Source: Mobula hypostoma (Eukaryota). Taken from it: DNA of 64,000 nucleotides. Of the stretch, positions 36,932 to 50,790 are shown in pieces. Numbering within the stretch: position 1 is the first letter of the stretch; each line of letters starts with the position of its first letter. Where the stretch lies: assembly GCF_963921235.1 (NCBI RefSeq), contig NC_086097.1, positions 109,246,001-109,310,000 on the forward strand. The letters are read 5' to 3'. The notes beneath the pieces were generated by a model that saw nothing but the letters and a program-made list of their open reading frames with translations, was not told the origin of the DNA and ran no database searches. A program made the translations under genes and the position numbers.

Positions 36932-39300
36932 CATAAGACCATAAGACAAAAGAGCAGAAGTCAGCCATTCGGCCCATCGAGTCTGCTCCACCATTTTATC
37001 ATGAGCTGATCCATTCGCCCAGTTAGTCCCACTCCCCCGCCTTCTCACCATAACCTTTGATGCCCTGGCTACTCAGATATCTATCAAATCTCTGCCTTAA
37101 ATACACCCAATGACTTGGCCTCCACTGCCGCCCGTGGTAACAAATCCCATAGATTCACCACCCTCTGGCTAAAAAAATTTCTTCGCATTTCTGTTCTGAA
37201 TGGGTGCCCTTCAATACTTAAGTCATGCCCTCTCATCCTTAAGTCATGCCCTCTCGTACTAGACTCCCCCATCATGGGAAACAACTTTGCCACATCCACT
37301 CTGTCCATGCCTTTCAACATTCGAAATGTTTCTATGAGGTCTCCCCTCATTCTTCTAAACTCCAACGAAAACGGTCCAAGAGCGGACAAATGTTCCTCAT
37401 ATGTTAACCTTCTCTTTCCCGGAATCATTCTAGTGAATCTTCTCTGTACCCTCTCCAACGTCAGCACATCCTTTCTTAAATAAGGAGACCAAAACTGCCC
37501 ACAGTACTCCAAGAGAGGTCTCACCAGTGCCTTATAGAGCGTCAACATCACATCCCTGCTCCTATACTCTATTCCTCTAAAAATGAATGCCAACATTGCA
37601 TTCGCCTTCTTCACCACCGACTCAACCTGGAGGTTAACCTTAAGGGTATCCTGTACGAGGACTCCCAAGTCCTGTTGCATCTCAGAACTTTGTATTCTCT
37701 CCTCATTTAAATAATAGTCTGCCCATTTATTTCTTCTGCCAAAGTGCATAACCATACACTTTCCAACATTGTATTTCATTTGCCACTTCTCTGCCCATTC
37801 TTCCAATCTATCAAAGTCTCTCCGCAGACTCTCTGTTTCCTCAGCACTACCGGCCCCTCCACCTATCTTCGTATTGTCAGCAAACTTAGCCACAAAGCCA
37901 TCTATTCCATAATCCAAATCGTTGATGTACAACGCTAAAAGAAGCCGCCCCAATACGGACCCCTGTGGAACACCACTGGTAAACGGCAGCCAACCAGAAT
38001 AGGATCCCTTTATTCTCACTCTCTGTTTCCTGCCAATCAGCCAACGCTCTATCCACGTATGTAAATTTCCCGTAATTCCATGGGCTCTTATCTTATTAAG
38101 TAGCCTCATGTGTGGCACCTTGTCAAAGGCCTTCTGAAAATCCAAATATACAATATCCACTGCATCTCCCTTGTGTAACCTACTTGTAAATTCCTCAAAA
38201 AATTGTAATAGGTTTGTCAGGCAGGATTTTCCTTTAAGGAATCCATGCTGAGTTCTGCCTATCTTGTCATATGCCTCCAGGTACTCTGTAACCTCATCCT
38301 TGACAATCGACTCCAACAACTTCCCAACCACCGATGTCAAGCTAACAGGTCTATAATTTCCTTTTTGCTTCCTTGCCCCATTCTTAAATAGCGGAGTGAC
38401 ATTTGCTATCTTCCAGTCCTCTGGAACCATGCCAGAATCTATCGACTTTTGACAGATCATCGCTAATGCCTCCACAATCTCCACAGCTACTTCCTTCAGA
38501 ACACCAGGGTGCATTCCATCTGGTCTGGGAGATTTATCTACCTTTAGACTATTCAGCTTCCTGAGTACTTTCTCTGTTGTAATTGTGACTGTGCACACTT
38601 CTCTTCCCTGCCACCCTTGAGTGTCTGGTGTACTGCTGATGTCTTCCTCAGTGAAGACGGATGCAAAATACTCGTTCAGTTCCTCCTCCATCTCCTTATC
38701 TCCCATTACAATTTCTGCAGCATCAATTTCTATCGGTCCTAAACCTACTCTCACCTGTCTTTTACTCTTTATATACTTGAAAAAGCTTTTAGTATCCTCT
38801 TTGATATTATTTGCTAGCTTCCTTTCATAGTTAATCTTTTCCCTCTTAATGACTTTCTTAGTTTCCTTTTGTGAGCTTTTACAAACTTCCCAATCCTCTG
38901 TCTTCCCACTAGGTTTTCCTTCCTTGTATGCCCACTCCTTTGCTTTAACTTTGGCTTTGACTTCTCTTGTCAGCCACGGTTGCATCTTTTTTCCATTTGA
39001 AAATTTCTTCTTTTTTGGAATATACCTGACTTGCAACCTTCCTCACTTCTCACATAAACTCCAGCCACTGCTGCTCTGCCGTCTTTCCCGCCAGTGTCCC
39101 TTTCCAGTCAACTTTGGCCAGTTCCTCTCTCATGCCACTGTAATTTCCTTTACTCCACTGAAATACCGACACATCAGATTTCGGCTTCTCTTTTTCTAAT
39201 TTCACAGTGAACTCAATCATGTTATGATCACTGCCTCCTAAGGGTTCCTTCACCTCATTCTCTCTAATCACCTCCAGTTCATTACAGAATACCCAATCCA
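36932..39300 (-). mobile_element. Young 5'-truncated CR1 LINE with a 650-aa ORF2 segment (RT domain)
   Basis: ORF 37084..39036: [43 protein letters not shown]; candidate TSD GTA(C/T)AATCA; 21-bp internal duplication (RGHDLRMRGHDLSI). Confidence 0.95.
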
Positions 39301-40000
39301 GTAATTGTATAATCACTTTGTGGTCTACCAACAGCCACTGGGGTAGGGATATAGGCGTGTAGATTGATTATCGAGGGATGTATAACTAATAGAGTTGAGA
39401 TAGTGGGTGACTTTAACTTCTCCAATATTGACTTGGACTTTCTTATTGGAAGAAGTATGGACAAGGCAGAAATTCTGCAGTGCACCCAAGACCACTTCTT
39501 GAAATAGTATTTGGAAGTCCAACAGGAGGAGCTAATTGTTGGATGTTGTTTCATGAAATTAACCTGGCAAGATGACTGGTCTCTCAGTCGGAGAGCATTT
39601 TGAAACCAGTGATCAAAATTCATAGGAACACAGAAAGGCATATAAAACTTACAGGCTCTTTGGCCCACAATGCTGTACCGAACATGTCCTTACCTTAGAA
39701 ATTACCTAGGGTTACCCATAGCCCTCTATTTTTCTAAGCTCCACGTCCCTATCCAGGAATCTCTTAAAAGACCCTATCGTATCTGCCTCCACCACCGTTG
39801 CTGGCAGCCTATTCCATGCACTCACCACTCTCTGCATATTAAAAAAAACCTTACCTCTGACATTTCCTCTGTACCTACTCCCAAGCACCTTAAAACTGTG
39901 CCCTCTCATGCTAGCCATTTCAGCCCTGGGAAAAAGTCTTGACTATCCACATGATCAATGCCTCTCATCATCTTATACACCTCTATCAGGTCACCTCTCA

Positions 40001-40420
40001 TATGCATTATGATCAGAGATTAAGGGAGCTAGGGCTTTACTCTTTGAAGAAAAGGAGGATGAGAGGAGACATGATAGAGGTTTACAAGATATTAAGAAGA
40101 ATAGATAGAGTGGACAGACAGCGCCTCTTCCACAGGGCACCACTGCTCAATACAAGAGGACATGGCTTTAAGGTAAGGGGTGGGAAGTTCAAGGGGAATA
40201 TTACAGGAAGGTTTTTTACTCAGAGAGTGGTTGGTGCATGGAAAACACTGCCTGAGTCAGTGGTGGAGGCAGATACACTATTGAAGTTTAAGAGACTACT
40301 AGACAGGTATATGGAGGAATTTAAGGTGGGAGGTGGTTATATGGGAGGCAGGGTTTAAGAGTCAGCACAACATTGTGGGCCAAAGGGCCTGAACTGTGCT
40401 GTACTGTAATATGTTCTATG
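40001..40420 (+). mobile_element. CR1 3' fragment nested in CR1
   Basis: YDQRLRELGLYSLKKRRMRGDMIEVYKI; tail 'atgttctatgt'. Confidence 0.88.
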
Positions 40421-42000
40421 TTCATCCTCCATTGCTCCAAGGAGAAAAGGCCAAGTTCACTCAAGCTATTCTCATAAGACATGCTCCCCAATCCAGGCAA
40501 CATCCCTGTAAATCTTCTCTGTACCCTTTCTATGGTTTTCACATCCTTCCTGTAGTGAGGTGACCAGAACTGAGCACAGTACTCCAAGTGGGGTCTGACC
40601 TGGGTTCTAATGGCTACAACATTACCTCTCTGCTCCTAAACTCAATCCCATGATTGATGAAGGCCAATGCATCATCTGCCTTCTTAATCACAGAGTCAAT
40701 CTGCGCAGTATTTTTGTGTGTCCTATGGACTCAGACCCTAAGATCCTTCTGATCCTCCACACTCCCAAGAGTCTTACCATCAATGCTATATTCTGCCATC
40801 ATATTTGACCTGCCAAAATGAACCACCTCACACGTATCTGGGTTGAACTCCATCTGCCACTTCTCAGCCCAGTTTTGCATCCTATCAATGTCCCACCGTA
40901 CCCTCTGACAGCCCTCCACATTATCCACAACACCCTCAACCTTTGTGTCATCAGCAAATTTACTAACCTATCCCTCCACTTCCTCATCCAAGTCATTTAT
41001 AAAAATCATGAAGAGTAGAGGTCCCAAAACAGATCCCTGAGGCACTCCACTGGTGACTGACCTCCATGCAGAATATGACCTGTCTACAACCACTCTTTGC
41101 CTTCCGTGGGCAAGCAAGTTCTGGATCCACAAAGCAATATCCCCTTGGATTCCATGCCTCCTTACTTTCTCAACAAGCCATACATGGGGTATCTTGTCAA
41201 ATGCCTTGCTGAAATCAATATACACTACATCTACTGTTCTACCTCCATCAATGTGTTCAGTCACATCCTCAAAAAAATCAATCTGGTTTGTAAGGCACAA
41301 CCTGCCTTTGACAAAGCTATGCTGACTATTCCTAATCATATTATGCTTCTTCAAATGTTTATAAGTCCTGCCTCTCAGGGTCTTTTCCATCAACTTACCA
41401 ACCACTGAAGTAAGACTCACTGGTCTATAATTTCTTGGGCTATCGATACTCCCTTTCTTGAATAATGGAATAATATCCGCAACCCTCCAATCCTCCAGAA
41501 CCTCTCCTGTCCCCATTGATGATGCAAAAATCATTGGCAGAGGCTCAACAATTTCCTCCCTCTCTTCCACAGTAGCCTGGGGTACATCTCGTCCGGTCCC
41601 GGTGACTTATCCAATTTGATGCATTCCAAAAGCTCAAGCACATCCTCTTTCTTAATATCTATGTTCAAGCTTTTCATCCATACAAGCAAATGTAAGTCAT
41701 CCATACAATCGCTAAGATCCTTTTCTGTAGTGAATACTGAGGCAAAGTACTCAGTAAGTACTTCTGCTATCTCCTCTGGTTCCATACACACTTTTCCACT
41801 TTCACACTTGATTGGTCCTATTCTCTCACATCTTATCCTCTTGCTCTTCACATACTTGTAGAATGTCTTGGGGTTTTCCTTAATCCTGTCCGCCAAGGCC
41901 TTCTCATGGCCCCTTCTGGCTCTCCTAATTTCATTCTTAACTTCCTTCCTGCTAGCCTTATAATCTTCTAGATGTCTATCATTACCTAGTTTTTTGAAAC

Positions 42001-45000
42001 TTTCTGTGGTCGTGACAGAGAATCCAGGATGGTTTGTTGCCTCCTGGGTGCCAGGGTCAAGGATGTCTCTGATCGCTTGCATGACATTCTGAAGTGTGAG
42101 GGTGATCAGCCAGATGTCCCGTGGTGCACATCGGTACCAATAACATAGCAAGGAAGAGTGAGGAGGTCCTGGAGGGTGAGTATAGAGAACTTGGTAGGAA
42201 GATGAAAAGCAGGACCTCAAGGCTGGTAATCTCAGGATTGCTACCTGTACTACGTGCCAGTGAGGGTAAGAATAGGATGCTCTGGAGGATGAATAAGTGG
42301 CTGAGGAACTGGTGTAGGGGGCAGGGTTTCAGATTTCAGGATCATTGGGACCTCTTCTGGGGCAGGTGGGACCTGTACAAGAGGGATGGGTTACACTTGA
42401 ACTACAGGGGGATCAGTATCCTTTCAGGGAGGTTTGTTAGTGCTATTGGGGAGGCTTTAAACTAGATTTGCAGGGAGATGGGAACCAGAGTGCCAGAGCT
42501 GACAGTGTGGCTGGGGTGAAAATAAATGATGTTAAAAGTTCAAGCAATTCCGCTAATAGAAAGGTTGTGAGTGGTGGTAAAAATCTTCTGAGGTGTATAT
42601 ATTTCAATGCTAGGAGTATTGCGGGGAAGGCGGATGAGTTGAGGGCATGGATTGACACGTGGAATTATGACGTTATAGCAATTAGTGAAACTTGGCTACA
42701 GGAGGGGCAGGACTGGCAGCTTAATATTCCAGGGTTCCGATGTTTCAGATGTGATAGAGGCAGAGGAATGAAAGGTGGGGGAGTAGCATTGCTTGTTAGG
42801 GAAAATATTACAGCAGTGCTCAGGCAGGACAGATTAGAGGGCTTGTCTACTGAGTCCTTATGGGTGGAGCTGAGAAACAGGAAAGGTATGGCCACATTAG
42901 TGGGATTGTATTACAGACCACTCAATGGTCAACGAAAATTGAAGAGCAAATCTGCAGAGCGATAGCAGGCAACTGCAGGAAACATAAAGTTGTGGTGGTA
43001 GGGGATTTTAATTTTCCATATATTGATTGGGACTCCCATACTGTTAGGGGTCTAGATGGTTTAGAGTTTGTAAAATGTGTTCAGGAAAGTTTTCTAAATC
43101 AATATATAGAGGGACCATCTAGAGGGGATGCAATATTGGATCTCCTGTTAGGAAACGAGTTAGGACAAGTGACGGAAGTCTGTGTAGGGGAGCACTTTGG
43201 TTCCAGTGATCATAACACCATTAGTTTCAACTTGATCATGGATAAGGATAGATCTGGTCCTAGGGTTGAGGTTCTGAACTGGAAGAAGGCCAAATTTGAA
43301 GAAATGAGAAAGGATCTAAAAAGCGTGGATTGGGACAGGTTGTTCTCTGGCAAAGATGTGATCGGTAGGTGGGAAGCCTTCAAAGGAGAAATTTTGAGAG
43401 TGCAGAGTTTGTATGTTCCTGTCAGGATTAAAGGCAAAGTGAATAGGAATAAGGAACCTTGGTTCTCAAGGGATATTGCAACTCTGATAAGAAGAGGGAG
43501 TTGTATGACATGTATAGGAAACAGGGAGTAAATAAGGTGCTTTAGGAGTATAAGAAGTTCAAGAAAATACTTAAGAAAGAAATCAGGAGGGCTGAAAGAA
43601 GACATGAGGTTGCCTTGGCAGTCAAAGTGAAGGATAATCCAAAGAGCTTTTACAGGTATATTAAGAGCAAAAAGATTGTAAGGGATAAAATTGGTCCTCT
43701 TGAAGATCAGAGTGGTCGGCTATGTGCGGAACCAAAGGAAATGGGGGAGATCTTAAATAGGTTTTTTGCATCTGTATTTACTAAGGAAACTGGCATGAAG
43801 TCTATGGAATTAAGGGAAACAAGTAGTGAGATCATGGAAACTGTACAGATTGAAAAGGAGGAGGTGCTTGCTGTCTTGAGGAAAATTAAAGTGGATAAAT
43901 CCCCAGGACCTGACAGGGTATTCCCTCGGACCTTGAAGGAGACTTATGTTGAAATTGCAGGGGCCCTGGCAGAAATATTTAAAATGTCGCTGTCTACAGG
44001 TGAGGTGCCGGAGGATTGGAGAGTGGCTCATATTGATCCGTTGTTTAAAAAAGGATTGAAAAGTAATCCGGGAAATTATAGGCCGGTAAATTTTACGTCG
44101 GTAGTAGGTAAATTATTGGAGGGGGTACTAAGAGACAGAATCTACAAGCATTTGGATAGACAGGGACTTATTAGGGAGAGTCAACATGGCTTTGTGCGTG
44201 GTAGGTCATGTTTGACCAATCTGTTGGAGTTTTTCGAGGAGGTTACCAGGAAAGTGGATGAAGGGAAGGCAGTGGATGTTGTCTACATGGACTTCAGTAA
44301 GGCCTTTGACAAGGTCCCGCATGGGAGGTTAGTTAGGAAAATTCAGTTGCTAGGTATACACGGAGAGGTGGTAAATTGGATTAGACATTGGCTCAATGGA
44401 AGAAGCCAAAGAGTGGTAGTAGAGAATTGCTTCTCCGAGTGGAGGCCTGTGACTGGTGGTGTGCCACAGGGATCAGTGCTGGGTCCATTGTTATTTGTCA
44501 TCTATATCAATGATCTGGATGATAATGTGGTAAATTGGATCAGCAAATTTGCTGATGATACAAAGATTGGAGGTGTAGTAGACAGTGAGGAAGGTTTTCA
44601 GAGCCTGCAGAGGGACTTGGGCCAGCTGGAAAAATGGGCTGAAAAATGGCAGATGGAGTTTAATACAGACAAGTGTGAGGTATTGCACGTTGGAAGGACA
44701 AACCAAGGTAGAAAATACAGGGTTAATGGTAAGGCACTGAGGAGTGCAGTAGAACAGAGGGATCTGGGTATACAGATACAAAATTCCCTAAAAGTGGCGT
44801 CACAGGTAGATAGGGTCGTAAAGAGAGCTTTTGGTACATTGGCTTTTATTAATCAAAGTATTGAGTATAAGAGCTGGAATGTTATGATGAGGTTGTATAA
44901 GGCATTGGTGAGGCCGAATCTGGAGTATTGTGTCCAGTTTTGGTCACCAAATTACAGGAAGGATATAAATAAGGTTGAAAGAGTGCAGAGAAGATTTACA

Positions 45001-45470
45001 AGGATGTTGCCGGGACTTGAGAAACTCAATTACAGAGAAAGGTTGAATAGGTTAGGACTTTATTCCCTGGAGTGTAGAAGAATGAGGGGAGATTTGATAG
45101 AGGTATATAAAATTATGATGGGTATAGATAGAGTGAATGCAAGCAGGCTTTTTCCACTGAGGTAAGGGGAGAAAGAAACCAGAGGACATGGGTTAAGGGT
45201 GAGGGGAGAAAAGTTTAAAGGGGACATTGGGGGGGCTTCTTCACACAGAGAGTGGTGGGAGTATGGAATGAGCTTCCAGACGAGGTGGTAAATCCGGGTT
45301 GTTTTTTAACATTTAAGAATAAATTGGACAGATACATGGATGGGAGGTGTATGGAGGGATATGGTCCGTGTGCAGGTCAGTGGGACTAGGCAGAAAATGG
45401 TTCGGCACAGCCAAGAAGGGCCAAAAGGCCTGTTTCTGTGCTGTAGTTTTTCTATGGTTTCTATGGTTTC
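42001..45470 (+). mobile_element. Near-complete CR1 LINE (ORF1 esterase C-terminus, ORF2 APE endonuclease plus RT; frameshifts and stops)
   Basis: ORFs 42121..42465 (VHIGTNN, DGLHLN), 42468..43531 (YFNARSI, ISETWL, GDFNFP, SDHN), 43615..45165 (RT, FADDTK); (GTTTCTAT)n-like tail. Confidence 0.95.
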
Positions 45471-47149
45471 TAAGCACTTCTTTTCTTCTTGACTAGAGTT
45501 ACAACAAACTTTGTAGACCATGGTTCCTGTACCCAACCATCCTCTCCCTGTCTCCTTGGAACGTATCTATGCGGAACTCCATGCAAATATTCCCTGAACA
45601 TTTGCCACATTTCTTCCGTATATTTCCCTGAGAACATCTGTTCCCAATTTAAGCTTCAAATTCCTGCCTGATAGCTTCATATTTCCCCTACTCCAATTAA
45701 ACACTTTCGTAATTGTCTGTTCCTATCCCTCTCCAATTCTCTGGTAAAGGAGATAGAATTGTGATCACTATCTCCAAAATGCTCTCCCACTGAGAGATCT
45801 GACACCTGACCAGGTTCATTTCCCAATACCAGATCGAGCACAGCCTCTCCTCTTGTAGGCTTATCGACATATTGTGTCAAGAAACCTTATTGAATACACC
45901 TAACAAACTCCACCCAATCTAAACCCCTCACTCTAGGGAGGTGCTAATCAATATTTGGGAAATTAAAATCTCCCACTACAAAAACCCAGTTATTATTACA
46001 CCGTTCCAGAATCTGTCTCCCTATCTGCACCTCAATATCCTCAATATTTGGAGGTCTATAAAAAAAACACCCTGTAGAGTTATTGACCCCTTCCTATTCC
46101 TAACTTCAACCCACAGAGACTCCATAGACAACCACTCCATGACTTCCTCCTTTTCTGCAGCCTTGACACTATCTCTTAACAGTGCCATGCCCCCACCTCT
46201 CTTGCCTCCCTCCCTGTCCTTTCTGAAGCATCTAAAGTCTGGCACTCGAAGTAACCATTCCTGCCCGTGAGCCATCTGTCTCTCTAATGGCAAGAATATC
46301 ACAGCTCCAAGTACTGATCCATGCTTTAAGCCTATCCACTTTGTTCATAATACTCCTTGCAGTAAAATAGACACATCTCAAACCATTGGTCTGAGTGTGT
46401 CCCTTCTCTGTCACCTGCTTATCCTCCTTGTTGCACTGTCTCCAAGCTTTCTCGATTTGTGAGCCAACTGCCTCTTCCTCTGTCTCTTCAGTTTGGTTCA
46501 CACCCCCAGCAATTCTAGTTTAAATTTCCTCAATAGCCTTAGCAAACCTCCCCGCCAGGATTTAGTCCCCCTGGGTTTCAAGTGCATTCCGTCCTTTTTG
46601 TACATGTCACTCCTGCCCCAATTCCTTTTTTCTAAGTTAGTTACGTTAACTATTGTTTAAGTCTAGACTTATCTTTATTCATAAGGGCAAGGAGATGAAT
46701 GTGAGACAATAATAAATTGGGAAGGGGAAATTACAATGTTGTTATTGGAGCTGATGGTAGTTAATTGGGAGCACCTATTTTTATTGGTCAAGTCCACACT
46801 GACATGAGAGTTGTTTAAAGACCAGTTCAGGGCCAGCAGGTTTCAGTTAAGCAGAAGGACAGGGATAGTAATGTATGGGAGTCTTGAATACGGGAGAAGC
46901 TGTGGATATAGTCAGAAAACAAAAGGAAGCATATTTGGGGTTTTACAAGCTGAAGTCAGACTGGACCCTTGATGGATATAAAGACATCAGGAAAGATAAG
47001 CAGGGGATAAGGAGGACCAGAAGGAGCACTGAAACGACCTTTGTAAGTTGGATTAAAGAGAATCATCAAAGTTCAAAAAGTTCAAAGTAAGATTTATCAT
47101 CAGAATACATACATGTCACGATAGACAACCCTCAGATTCTTTTTCCTGT

Positions 47150-47812
47150 GGTCACCATCTCAGAGAACCTGTTTATGAACTCTGACTATACTTGTTGCTT
47201 GTTAATTTTGCCCATTTTCCGCATTTTTTAAACTCGACCAATTCTCTCTCCCCTTTTGACGAAACTTGTGCTACTCTTGTTTTTAGAACTCAAACATCTC
47301 TCTCTCTCTGCCTAAGAAAAGACGTGCTAAGCTTCAACAGGCCAATAGTCATCTCGAGTTCATTTTAACATTTCCTCATTGCCACTGTTATATTTTGTAA
47401 CTTCAGAAACTAATCAAAAGAAAAACGCAGGAGCCAGGATTGTCGTTTACTCAGGTTTCATAAAAACATAGAAACATAGAAAATAGGTGCAGGAGTAGGC
47501 CATTCGGCCCTTCGAGCCTGCACTGCCATTTATCTTCCTGCATCTAGCCTGTCCAATCCCTTTAGGATTTTATACGTTTCAATCAGATCCCCCCTCAATC
47601 TTCTAAATTCCAATGAGTACAAGCCCAGTTCATCCAGTCTTTCTTCATATGAAAGTCCTGGCGCTCACTTGTGACATGGTGGTGTAATCACCTATGCCAT
47701 TCGCGTACTTCTTGCATATAACCCATAATGAATATGTAAACAACAAAAAATGCTTAATCAAACAATATATTTACAATATTACTCAAATATTACTGAAATA
47801 CTAAATACATCA
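47150..47812 (-). mobile_element. Gypsy-type 5' LTR (47386-~47812) with PBS and leader; small deleted CR1 inserted at 47460-47660
   Basis: Minus-strand AT-rich LTR ends ...TATAACA, then G-TGGCAATGAGG (47374-47384), a CpG-decayed form of the tRNA-Ser-type PBS TGGCGACGAGG. Confidence 0.55.
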
Positions 47813-47859
47813 CACAGAGTTTTATAAGTCTACAACATATTCATGCATTATCATTCTCC

Positions 47860-48846
47860 AACACCATATTCAAATTTGCTGATGACACCACTGTTATGGG
47901 CCGTATCAAATGTGGTGATGAATCAGCATACGAGAGGGAGTTTGAAAACTTGGCTGAGTGATATCACAACAACAACCTTTCACTCAATGTTAGCAAGACC
48001 GAGGAACAGACTGTGGGCTTTAGGATAGGGAAACCAGAGGTCCATGAGCCAGTCCTCATTGAAGGATCAGTGATGGATCAATTTCCCCCGGGATTAATAA
48101 AGTATGACTATGACTATGGAAAGGGTCAATAGCTTTAAATTACTGGGTGCCACTACCTCAGCGGACCTGTCCTGAACACATTGTATAAATGTAATTGCAA
48201 AGAAACTCAGGAGTCTGTGGAGATTCAGCATGTCATCAACAACCTTGACAAACTTCTACAGATGTGTGGTGGAAAGCGTACTGGCTGCAGTATGGCCTGG
48301 TATGAGAACAGCAATGCCTTTGGTGGAAAATCCTATGAAAGGTAGTGGATTTGGCTCAGTTCATCACATGCAAAGCCCTGCCAACCATAGAGCACATCTA
48401 CATGAAATGCTGTCATAAAAAAGCTGTCACCATCAAAGATCCTCACCACCCAGGCCTTGCTCTTTTCTCGCTGCTGCCATTGGGTAGAAGATACAAGAGC
48501 CTCAGGACTCACACCAACATATCTAAGAACAGTTACTACCCCTCAACCATCAAGCTCTTGCACAAAAAGGGGGTTAATTACACTCATTCTATTTCTGGTG
48601 TTCCCACAACCAATGATCTCACTTTAAGGACCCGTTACCTTGTTATTTCATGCTCTCATTATTTATTTATATTTGCATTTGCACAGTTTGTTGCTTTCTA
48701 TGCCCTTGCTCTTTCATTGATCCTGTTCATAGTTACTATTCTATAGACTTGCTGAGTATACCTGTAGGAAAATGCATTTCAGGGTTGTATGAGGTGACAC
48801 GTATGTACTCTGATAATGAATTAGGGTACTTTGAACTTTTGAACTT
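47860..48846 (+). mobile_element. Rex1/Babar LINE 3' portion
   Basis: FKFADDTTVMGRI, NNLSLNVSKT, LTNFYRCVVES, DPHHPGLALFSLLPLGRRYKSLRTHT; 3' tail. Confidence 0.88.
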
Positions 48847-49277
48847 GGGACATTATAAAGTTGCAACTATGGTGGTTTGCAACACTTTGTGCATGCCCAT
48901 TTTAATCAGTCATATCTTCCTTAGATGTATCTAATTTACCATGATATTAGGAATATCTTCACTTGCAATATTATGCTTTGTTGGTCCCCGCCTAAGACCT
49001 AGTTTCTATAGGTCAAAGTAATTCTTTACATGCAATAGTGACCACCACCCAGGAAGCCACTTCATCAGGCAGGCTAAGGAGAGGCTATATGGTATAGCTC
49101 CAGCACTTGGTGAGGTGTGGACACTGCCTTTCTCTGCCATTGTGAGCATTGTGGTCATGGTAGAGGACATCAGATTGATTCAATGGTTCAGCAGAATGAT
49201 AGGTACGGGAAACTCAAGACTCGATCATGACACTATCGTTATCATCTACTGCTGAGAAAAAAGTTTCTACTCTTGAA

Positions 49278-50278
49278 ACCAGTGGTGACCAGTGATGTGC
49301 CTCAAGGATCTGTTCTGGGACCCCTACTCTTCGTGATTTTTCTAAATGATCTAGATGAGGAAGTGGAGGATGGGTTAGTAAATTCGCTGATGACACAAAG
49401 GTTGGGGGTGTTGTGGATAGTGTGGAGGGCTGTCAGAGGTTACAGCGGGACATTGATAGGATGCAAAACTGGGCTGAGAAGTGGCAGATGGAGTTCAACC
49501 CAGTTAAATGTGAGGTGGTTCATTTTGGTAGGTCAAACATGATGGCAGAATATAGTATTAATGGTAAGACTCTTGGGAGTGTGGAGGATCAGAGGGATCT
49601 TTGGGTCTGAGTCCATAGAACACTCAAAGCTGCTGCACAGGTTGACTCTGTGGTTAAGAAGGCATATGGTGCATTGGCCTTCATCCATCATGGAATTGAA
49701 TTTAGGAGCCGAGAGGTAATGTTGCAGCTATATAGGACCCTGGTCAGACCCCACTTGGAGTACTGTGCTCAGTTCTGGTCGCTTCACTACAGGAAGGATG
49801 TGAAAACCATAGAAAGGGTGCAGGGGAGATTTACAAGGATGCTGCCTGGATTGGGGAGCATGCCTTATGAGAATAGGTTGAGTGAACTTGGCCTTTTCTC
49901 CTTGGAGCAACGGAGGATGAGAGGTGACCTGATAGAGGTGTACAAGATAATGAGAGGCATTCATCATGTGGATGGTCAGAGGCTTTTTCCCAGGTCTGAA
50001 ATGGCTAGCATGAGAGGGCACAGTTTTAAGGTGCTTGGAAGTAGGTACAGAGAAAATGTCAGGAGTAAGTTTTCAACACAGAGTGTGTGGAATGGGCTGC
50101 CAGCGATGATGGTGGAGGCAGATACGATAGGGTCCTTTAAGAGACTTCTGGATAGGTACATGGAGCTTAGAAAAATAGAAGGCTATGGGTAATTTCTAAG
50201 GTAAGGACATGTTCAGCACAGCTTTATGGGCCGAAGGGCCTGTATTGTGCTGGAGGTTTTCTGTATTTCTATGTTCTA
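49278..50278 (+). mobile_element. CR1 LINE 3' fragment
   Basis: [26 protein letters not shown] 49650..50192. Confidence 0.92.
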
Positions 50279-50790
50279 ACATTCTTCCTGGGTTTGGTTA
50301 CTGAAAGAGTGCTGCTACCCATGTATGACGGACTTCACATTCTGAAAAAAAAAATTGCTTAATGGTTTTCATTCATAAATCTCATTCCCCAAACATTCAT
50401 TAATCCATGTCCAAAGGCAATTGGAAAGGTCACAGTTTCAGATGGTCGCTGATAGCTGTGGTCACCATAATGTATAACGGTGGCTTTGGGATTGGTGGTT
50501 ATTCTTCACTAGCTCTGGGCAGAATTGTTTAGATTCATCTCAGGTGAGTACCAGCTACTCTTTTAGGAAAATGGTGCTCATTATTTTAAATGGTGGGCAC
50601 TAGAGAAAGTGCCATAATCACTGCCTGCTGCAATATAAATGATATGTCAGACTACTGCAACAGGCCGATAATCCTTATAGTATTGAGAAAATGTCAAAGA
50701 TCATCCTGCAGCCTCTTGGGCAGAGATGGAGCACAAGAGCCTGGAAAAAAATATACTGGACTTGAGAAATTGCTAGCACCAATATTGATT

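Larger units (their letters stand above)
39621..46620 (-). mobile_element. CR1 LINE (ORF1 end plus ORF2) in three pieces: 39621-40000, 40421-42000, 45471-46620
   Basis: Contiguous ORF2 motifs; same subfamily as 61065-64000, which shows the uninterrupted junctions. Confidence 0.9.
36600..47070 (+). mobile_element. Old CR1 (pieces 36600-36930, 39305-39620, 46621-47070) hosting nested younger CR1s
   Basis: Endonuclease motifs continue across the insertions (LRCVYLN, IVGDFNFSNIDL, HFETSDQN, WIKEN). Confidence 0.65.

Noticed and set aside
37084..45165. Long ORFs (650 aa and 516 aa) as host genes or active LINEs
   Set aside because: Both are CR1 ORF2 pieces with upstream frameshifts or stops; one has FADN in place of FADD.
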